Shown piece after piece: positions 54,602 through 64,000 of a stretch of DNA of 64,000 bases (position 1 is the stretch's first letter; each line of letters opens with the position of its first letter). Source of the DNA: Octopus vulgaris (taxonomy: Eukaryota); NCBI GenBank assembly GCA_951406725.2, contig OX597817.1:57288001-57352000 (forward strand), in the 5' to 3' direction. Made by a program: the position numbers and the translations under genes. Below the pieces are notes generated by a model. It did no database searches. It saw nothing but the letters and a program-made list of their open reading frames with translations, and was not told where the DNA came from.

Positions 54602-57569
54602 CTGCAGAGAAGACAAAGAAAAACATTTTGTCAACTGATACAACTGTAATCGCAGCATTTTAAATATTACAATGATTTACTACAAACAACAACAGGTGTC
54701 GTTTAATTTACAACCATGCCCTCCTTTTATTGAAATAAGTGTTTGCAGTGAATTTGATAAATCAGAGAGAATAGGGGCTGACCCCTATATTTCTTTCAGT
54801 GAGGAAGTGATGGAAGAGATAAAATACATGAATCTCAATAGAAGATGCCCTTAGTGAGAGAGACAGATGCAATACAGACTCACTCTCAAAAGTCACCTTA
54901 ACAGGGCTTCTCTCTTTCTTGCTCTCTTAGCACTCAAAGAAATTTCAAAAAGATACAAATTTATTCTGTTTGTCAACCACGGGGAATTGCCTGCATCCTC
55001 AACACGATAAGGTCTCGCATAATAAAATGAGACGAGCAATTCAGATCAACCCAGATTATCTACCTGCTTTTGTGGTTTATAAAACGCAGTTATGTTCTAA
55101 AAAAATGTCTAGAAAAAAGAAATGACCCTGGGTGTCCCATTAACTAATTTTATCCCTGATATTTTGAATATCTGCAGCTGAAATTGGGGTTCATCTAACA
55201 AACCTGTGCGTATTTTATGCCATCGAACACCCAAGCAATTAGTTTGTATGACAAATCTATTAACAAGGGAGATAACTCTCATGGAAAACGTCGAAATTTT
55301 TGTACATTTTTGTAGACAATAAAAATTGGAGTGGATCTGGTTTATAAAACAACCTGGGGAAGGTAACAAACATGTTTTGGTGCTATTAAACCTCCACAGC
55401 AAAGCATATTCTACTCACTTGATAAGACTAAAAGTGGTGAATATTACGACTAGGGTAAATACCATATGGGAATGTTCTCTATACTAAATACACATCTAGT
55501 TGGGTCTTGCATCTGTAATGCAGTTATCAAATTAGACTATTCAAACAATTAGTGGCTAAAACCGCCCTCTAAATGATGGCTTACACACAGATACATACAC
55601 ACACAACCAAAAAACAAAGGGGATAACTTCAACGATTTCTTTTTTTCTTTGTGTGTGGCAAGTAGCTTGCTTACCAACCATATGGTTCCAGGTTCAGTCC
55701 CACTGCGTGGCACTTTGGGTAAATGTCTTCTACTACAGCCCTGGGATGACCAAAGCCTTGTGAGTGGATTTGGTAGATGGAAACTGAAAGAAGCCCATCG
55801 TATATATGTGTGTGTGTGTGTTTATATGTGTATATGTTTGTGTTTCTGTGATTGTCCCCCCACCATCGCTTGACAACTGATGTTGGTGTGTCTATGTCCC
55901 CTATAACTTAGCAGTTTGGCAAATGAGACTGATAGAATCAGTACTAGGCTTACGAAGAATAAGTCCTGGGGTCAGTTTGTTTGACTAAAGGCGGTGCTTC
56001 CACTATGACCACAGTCAAATGGCTGAAACAAGTAAAAGAGTAACTCCATATCCCAAATGTGATACAACACTACTGCATTCCTTTCGTCACCAGTATTATA
56101 TTCTACATTTGACCAAAGAATCTTCAGGCAAAAACGCCTTCCACCTCTCCAGCCATCACTTGTCAATAGGATTAGAAACTTGCATCTAATCATAGAAAGT
56201 GATGGTGATGATGGTGGTGGTGATGAGGTTCTTCCCGACTCTTATGGCTATCTCTCACCTATAGTAAAACAAGTTATGTCCAAGTTTAAAGAGTTCTACT
56301 GACCTTCAGGAACTCATGTCTTTTCTAGCCAAATCTACATAGAGGACAGCTCCACCCCGTACCCCCTCCTCTGCATTGAAATCTTTGTGCACGGGATGTA
56401 AGGCCCTGAATATAGACTTCAAAAGTCTTTTGCAATGAGAAGATAAGTGATCTCATCAAACGTTTCCACATCAGAAGCACCTCTTTATAAATCGTACCCA
56501 CAAGAACCAATGAGGCAGCCTCCATAAGGCCAATCAACATACAAAAAATAGTAACTAACTATCCCTCAATTCATACCACCCAGTCTTACTAAAGCTATGA
56601 CATTATATAATGTTGTTCCAGATACACGACAACTGAATAAAGGACAAGATGGTCCAGGGTGGATCGCCTCTGATCATAGGTTTGTTGGATCATAACAAAC
56701 CTGGGGTTAAATAGCCACAAAATCTTCACACCTCTCATGAATAAAACCTAGTTAAACTCATCGAATTCCCTGCAAACGACAGAGTCATAATGTTTCTGAC
56801 ACCTCCTCATGGTGGCACACACACAAAACCAAAACAGTTACAGAGACAAAATTTCTTTGTTAGATTCTGTAAATATTTCAATCCCTGACAGTTGCTGGCT
56901 TTCTTTACCAGGGTATCAGCATACATACAAGCACATACACCTTGTATTGGTTAACCCCACCCACCAACAGACTGTATATTATGCACAGTGAAAGCACGTG
57001 GCTTAGTGATTTTAGGATATTCAGTTCATGATTGAAAGGTCAGAAGTTCCATTCCCAGCAGCACAGTATGCCCTTCAGCAAGACACTTTATTTTCACCTT
57101 GCTCAATTCCATTCAGCTGGTAAAGATGTGTTGTATCTGGAATTCAAAGGGGCCAGCCTTGTCACATTTCATGTCAGGCTTCTTCTCCCTGAGAACTATG
57201 TTAAGGCTATGCATGTATCTGTGGAGTACTCAGCCACTTGCACATAAATTTCATGAGAAGTCCAGCAAGCCAGATCAACTGGACACTTGTGGTCATAGCT
57301 GCCAGAGTGTGCCAGTTCTATATTGTGTATAACAAGTAACAGAACAAATAGCAAAATCAAATGTGCATCAAGAGACATTGGTCGCAACATGAAGGAGAAC
57401 ACGTGTATGTGGCCTTAAGGACATCAAGGGACCATGCCGGAAACAGAAGTACAAGTGAGACATAATTCTCCAACTCATCTATGAGCATTGAATAAGAAAC
57501 AGATTTCTAATATCAAAGACCAAACCAATTGCTGCCAACCCTGGATGTAGATACAAAATTATAATAATC

Positions 57570-57602
<33 letters not shown>

Positions 57603-58700
57603 CATCCAGCTGTAGAAACCTTGCCAGAACAGATTGGAACCTGGTGCAGCCATCTAGTTCACCAGCTCTCAGTCAAAGCATCCAACCCATGCCAGCATGG
57701 AAAGCGGACGTTAAACAACGATGATGATGACACACACCACTATATATTGCTGTTAATTACCAGATACAGAGATTTCTGTTTGTCTTGACTGTGTTCTAAC
57801 AATCATTGTTTACGTGAAGGTGATGGTGCACACACACACACACCTATGTTAATATACTCACTGCATGCGTGTTTTTTTATTTCATTTTTGATTTGCTTAT
57901 TTCAGTAATGTTAGAGTAAATGGATTAGCCTCTATCCCACCACGGGGTCAGCAAATCAGTGTTAATCTATGCCACTGCTGTGGCAGCAGACCAAAACTCT
58001 ACAACCAACACAAAATGGACAACGGATCAAAGTCTATTTAACTACTGGAACAACAACAACAACAACATTAGTTTATTAATCAACAGTGGGGGTGCTCATT
58101 GGAATACTCAGTAAAGCATGTTTTTTTTTCAATAACACTATAAATTATAAAACATTTTCATTGAATGCTATGGATTACAGTAAGGATAATCCATTGAGAT
58201 TATCATGTCAATATCATTTCTTAAGCCAGGCAGGCTCTAGAAATGAAGAAAAGAAAACAAGCAAAAAAACAACAACATCAACAACAATAAAGTTTGGTAA
58301 AAAACCACTACGAAACAAACTGAAACTGGGGGGCTTTTTTTTTCTTTCATCTAAACAAGACAGAAAGGAACAAAAATATAAAACTAAATCAACTAAAAGA
58401 ACCGAAGAACAACAAAATCTACAGACGATGGAGATGAACTGAAGACAGACAGATAGACAGAGAGATAGAGAGAGAGGAGGGGAAATACAGAGAGAGAGAG
58501 AGTAAGACATAGAGAGAGTGTGTGTAGCAGTGGTGGTGGGAGTTAATGTGTTTGGTAAGAGGGAGAGTGGTGGAGGGAGGAAGTGAAGAGGAGGAGGAAG
58601 AAAAGATGAAGACAAGAGAGAGAGAAAGAGAGAGAGACAAGAGCAGTGCTGTGGTGAGTGCGGCAGCAGCATCCAGACAAATGAGTGAGGTTACATTTAC

Positions 58701-58775
58701 CAAACACCTTCACTGAACGTATTGGGTGACCTCTTTGTTTTTCCTCTAACCTATTCTTCTCAATAGCGGCACCAT
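58701..58775 (-). CDS. OSBPL1A: Putative alternative, duplicated exon of the OSBP-related gene
   Basis: TTTCTTGTAG acceptor, (D)GAAIEKNRLEEKQRGHPIRSVKVF, G|GTAAAT donor; 75 nt, phase 1/1. The frame also stays open to a TAA at 58543-58545. Confidence 0.7.
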
Positions 58776-59089
58776 CTACAAGAAACAGAATCAGCTAGTA
58801 GACAACAACATCATATATATAGAGATGTATATATATATAGTCTGGAACCGGTACATGTATGTTTATATATATATATATGTATGTATATTGTATTACTGGT
58901 TCCAGCCGGTTGGTTGTGGCCATGCTAGGAAACCACCATCACGCATACAAGAATTCATATCAAATGGAACAAAAACAAAACTCAGTGTGTGTGTGTGTAT
59001 GTACATATAGCATCATCATCATCATCATACACACATACATATTAATCAACATCCATTAAGCAAATGAAGTTTGAAGCAGGAAGCATATG

Positions 59090-59129
<40 letters not shown>

Positions 59130-60644
59130 AGCTTGTATATGTGTGTGTATACATATATATATATGTGTGTGTATATGTATATATATATATATATACACAC
59201 CTACATATACATATGTAAATAACATAAGACATAGAAACTCATACACAAAGAATTTGTCCAAGTTCTCTCCTCAAATGAAGAACTCAAGCCTGGGCAAGGT
59301 GTTACTCAGTGTAATAGCATTGTTAGTGGTGAAGACCTACAAGGATCTGGTTTTTGAGAGCTGTCTGCATATAAATTCTTAACAAATATTGAAGAAAACA
59401 AAATTGAAGGAAGAAAATAAAAGGAAAGAAAGAAAAAAAGAAAAAAAAAACACTGTTTTGATGTAAAGACAAACTAAGGATTCCCAAATTAAAAGAGTTA
59501 TAACCAGCTATATATAGACTTCCGAGAATCATATTGTAACACTTTGGAATATTGGCAGAGGAAATCCAACATCTTGTGGTCTTCCTGTTTAATCAACAAA
59601 TGGAAGACAGATCAAAAAACACAAAAACACAATACAAATGACAGTTGAGGAAACAAAAAATAAAAAAATAAAAAACAGAAAAATGAAAAAAAAAACAATA
59701 AAAGAGAAATAAATAATTTTGTTTTGATCACAGATGATATATTTTATAAATACAAAGCCAAACGAGAGGGTATTGTCAATTTTAACGACCAAGTCATGGG
59801 TTGTCAGTTGAGTTTCATCAAATCTTATTTAGCCATTCAGAGAATAATTTTCCTATGAAAAAAGCAGTTTGAAATTCTGGATGTAAGCAGAGGCATGAAT
59901 TGGTCAGGTTAAGGGCAGATCTTCACTGTAAAAAGGTCACACAGAGAATTGGAAAGCAAAACAAGGCTAAACACAGAAGAAAGGGCCAATCCTTGACAAA
60001 GAACAGGGCTGAAACATCATCAAATATGCCTCTCTCTCTCTTTCTTATCTGTTACTTGTTTCAGACATTAGACCGTGGCCATGCTGGGGCAGGGCCTTGA
60101 AGAGCGTTTAGTCGAATGAATCAACCCCAGTATTCTTGTTCTTAAAGCTTGACACTTATTCTATCAATCTCTTCTGCCAAACCACTAAGTTACAGGGAGA
60201 TAAACACACCAACAGCAGTTTTTAAGCAGTGGGGACAAACACAGACACACACATGTATATACATAATGGGCTTCTTTCAGTTTCCATCCATCAAATCCAC
60301 TCAAAAGGTTTGGTCAGCCTGAGGCTATAGCAGAAGACACTTGCCCAAGGTGCCACAGAATGGGACTGAACCGAGAACCATGTAGTTGGGAAGCAAGCTT
60401 CTTACCACACAGCCACACCTGCACCATTTATAAATGAAAGTGTTACATCATGTGCAGCTCCTCTCTCTGAAGAACTAGGTTCAAAAGGCAGCACTTGAAG
60501 ATCGTAATGGTTGATCAAGGAGAAACCTTTAAAGCTTATGTTATTTTACAGCATATAAAAGTCACTGAAAGAACATCTTCAGTGATTTGTAACTCAAAGC
60601 TGTGTTACCACAGTAAAATGAAAGACATTATTAAACAAGGATTG

Positions 60645-60892
60645 AGACATTATTTACAATTGACAGACATTTGTCCTCATCTTGTTTGCTAACACAATGT
60701 TTTGGCTGATATACTCGCCAGTCATCCTCAGTTATCTTGGGGAAATTTTGAACCTGGGTTCTCATTCCTAAGGTATTTTTCAATGTTGTTGTTATTATTA
60801 TTATTATTATTCAGACCACTGCCTGGAATCGAACTCAGAATCTTGGGGTTAGTAGCCTGCACTCTTAACCACTATGCCATATGCCCGTGGGC
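60645..60892 (-). mobile_element. Second copy of the tRNA-headed, hammerhead-bearing SINE-like element
   Basis: A box TGGCATAGTGG, B box GTTCGATTCC, (AAT)n linker and a degenerate ribozyme core that retains the GUGUU stem I arm. Confidence 0.6.
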
Positions 60893-63230
60893 ATGTTGTA
60901 GAGTATAATGCCCTCCCGGAGCTTTCTGCAAAGATCTACAAACCAAATAGCAGAGTTATCTTATACTTGTTTATTAATGGAACAAATAAGGATGGAATAG
61001 CCCCATACATGATTACCTCTGACTAGAAATTTCAAGATCTTCATGATGAGTGAGGAAAATGTATTACTAAAAATGTGATTTTTGTGCATTTTCTTCATAG
61101 TTCTTTGATTTAAAATTCAAACTACTCACATCCATGACCGATCGAGAAGTGATTATTCTCCTTAGAATATTCTAAGGGGTCTCATGTGTTTAAACTTCCT
61201 TATATTTTGATGAAATTTCTGGAGGCTCAGAACTGTCATGGCAGACAAAACAGAAGCTTTGAAATACTTGCTGTCACACTCTCATCCTTGGCAAAATGCA
61301 GTGAAGAATTAACTGGTCTGTCAGTCAACCCTCTGAGCCCTTACATCCAAGAAAGTTATTAACTGGTCTGTCGGTCACCTCTCTGAGACCTTAATTCATT
61401 CCACTAAAGCTAAAGGTCTGAAATTTTGAGGGGAGGGGGCTTGTTGATTACATCAACCTCCAGTGCTCAGTTAATACTTATTCAATTAGCCCAGAAAGAA
61501 TGAAAGGTAAAGCTGATCTCACTGGAATCTGAACTCAAAATGTAACCATTCAGTAGAAATGCTGCTAAGCTTTTTGTCAAACACGCTGATGCTTCTGATG
61601 GTTTGCAGCCTTAAATGCATATAATGATGATGATGATGATTTAAAATTTTGGATCATGGGTAAATCAATTACATTGGTCCCAGTGTTCAACTGGTTCTTC
61701 TTTTACCAACCCCCAAAGGGATAAAATGCAAAGTCGACCTCAACAGAGTTTGAACTCAGAACATGAAGACAAATGAAATGCCACTAAGCATTTTGCCTGG
61801 TGTGCTAACGATTCTGCCAGCTCAGCACCTTGTCATGAATATACATGCTGGTGGCACATAAAAAGCACCAACCGATCATGGCCATTGCCAGCCTTGCGTG
61901 GCACCTGTGCCGGTGGCACGTAAAAAGCACCCACTACACTCACGGAGTGGTTGGCGTTAGGAAGGGCATCCAGCTGTAGAAACACTGCCAGATCAAACTG
62001 GAGCCTGGTGCAGCCTTCTTGCTTCCCAGACCCCGGTCGAACCGTCCAACCCATGATAGCACGGAAAACGGACGTTAAACGACGATGATGATGATACACA
62101 ATGACCGACCAACAAGATGTCACTCTCCTTTGGAAGGAGTCCAAAGAACTGATCTTCGCTGATGTAGCTCTGCCTGTAGATCAGAATGTGAAAACAGCAG
62201 ACAATAAAGTCGGGAAGTGCAAAAGAGCTAGTATTTATGTGAAATAAAACCACACAGCCTCAAAAGTAAGTGTGGTACCTCTTGTGATTGGTGCATTTGG
62301 GACCATCTGCAAGAAAGCAAAGTTCTGGCATCAAAAGCTGCAAATACCAAACTTCTTAGGAAGCAATACTTGGAACAGCTTGTGTGTTGAGGAAAGTGTT
62401 GCATCTTGAAGCTGTGGGATGGAGCTGAGGCATGGCATGGATGAATTAAGAGAAGTGAATAAATAGCAATTCAGATTTACTGTCTCAAAGTGTATTAGAA
62501 AGACATTTCAATCTACTTATCTCAGTTTACTTAGCTACAAGGAAGAGGTGAGAGACTTGATGAATTATTTCTCTTTCATCTGTTTAATACTACTGAGTTA
62601 AGAACTGGCTCCATGGAACCGTTATTCATTCTTATCTGGCATCAACAAGGGCAACCGGCCGTAGAAACCCTGCCAGAGTAGACAGTGGTGTATGAGGCAG
62701 TCCTTGAACCCATTGGACCCTGTCAAATTATCTGACCCAGGCTACAATGGAACATGGACGTATGATGATGATTCTTACAAAGGAAGGAATAGGGTTCCAA
62801 AGACTTTCAGATGCTCTTTCAATGGCAGATCAAGGCTGCTTTTTAGGGGACGAGGAGTGGGCGGTTAACTGATCTTAGTGCGACTGTCTCGGATTTATGT
62901 ATAAAGCAAGAAGGCAATGGTATATGAAGGTCCACCTGAAACAAACGAAGAGGACCTCATGTATTTAAGTTACAAGGTTTTTTTTGTCAAAAGATAAACA
63001 ATAAAATGTAAACTGAATGCGAGAAGGAGGTACCTTTTTGATGCAACTGAATATGAGAAGGTGGTACCTTTTTGACATAATCTGTGTACCCCTACATAAG
63101 TAATTAATGTACCTTGCTGATAAATCCTAAAATGACATAAGATGTATACTCCACCTCCATCCTCAGGTGGGGATTTGCGTATAAGCAATTGAAGAAACAT
63201 GCAGATTGGAAAGAAGCAGAGCTAACTTAC

Positions 63231-63354
63231 CGATGTCTCCTTGTTCCAATAGACGAATGTCAGGCCGCAGACGGGAGTCTGTTGGTGGTAACCTGTCTTT
63301 GAGGTTATCCGTCAATTCATTCAGCATCATGGCATACAGTGTGAAACTGAAGAA
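63231..63354 (-). CDS. OSBPL1A: Exon of the OSBP-related protein (ORD domain)
   Basis: TTTCAG acceptor, FFSFTLYAMMLNELTDNLKDRLPPTDSRLRPDIRLLEQGDI, GTAAGT donor; LPPTDSRLRPD is the ORD signature. Confidence 0.95.
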
Positions 63355-64000
63355 CTGAAACACAAAGGGAAGACCACAATATGAAGTGACCACACTATAC
63401 TGACCATTGAAACGGCAAAACAGGACACCACCATTTTCTCTCTCTCTCTCTCTCTTGGAGAAAGTGATTCCATCTTAGAAGACCAAACATTGAACAGTAG
63501 CATATAATTCTTATCCTTGACTATCAAACTGTTCTTCAATCACTCACAACAAATTTGGTTTTCAATTCTGGCACAAGGCCAGCAATTTCGGGAGAAACGG
63601 TCAATTACATTGGCCCCAGGGAACAACTGGTACTGATTTTATTGACTCTGAAAGGATGAAAGGCAAAGTCGACCTTGTTGGAATTTGAACTCAGAATGTA
63701 AAAATGGCCGAAATGCCGCTCAGCATTTAGCCTGGCATGGTGACGATTCTGCTGGCTCACTGCTTCCACTTGCAAGAAATATTAAATGACTGCAACATCA
63801 GACACTGCCAGACACACAATCTTAACACAATGGATATGAGTAAACATTTCATTGAATTCAACTAACATATTAATAACATGTAACTAAGGTCAAACATACA
63901 CACACACATGTAGCAGATATTATGACACACGCACTACTTTTGATTTCAATGATAAAAGCCTCAAATTCTGAATTGTTTCCATTAAAAATTTTCCCTCATA

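Noticed and set aside
61130-61171. Possible 42-nt symmetric micro-exon of the OSBP-related gene (GTGAGT donor)
   Set aside because: Poor polypyrimidine tract and no homology; needs RNA-seq.

Overview
AT-rich, repeat-dense animal genomic DNA. The SINE families and microsatellite load look like Octopus (inference), and there is one 100-N assembly gap at 12515-12614. It holds the 3' parts of two convergent spliced genes: on +, five exons (14957-32745) of a protein ending in a PYM1/eIF2A-type coiled coil; on -, the last exons (63354-51966) of an OSBPL1/2-type oxysterol-binding protein, plus a duplicated EKNRLEEKQR exon. Between them lie a frameshifted Rab30 fragment, a 165-bp near-perfect inverted duplication and a near-intact 5.4-kb Tx1/L1-clade LINE. 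The main finding is that this LINE sits, with a 17-bp target-site duplication, inside a 363-bp tandem repeat whose monomer carries a predicted type I hammerhead ribozyme with a U3-A8 core variant. The LINE is therefore flanked by two same-sense predicted ribozymes. Several other hammerhead-bearing Penelope-like repeats occur, including a tRNA-headed SINE-like element, along with RTE, mariner and Penelope remnants. Most ORFs in the supplied track are microsatellite or SINE artefacts. All structures and homologies were read by eye; no searches were run.
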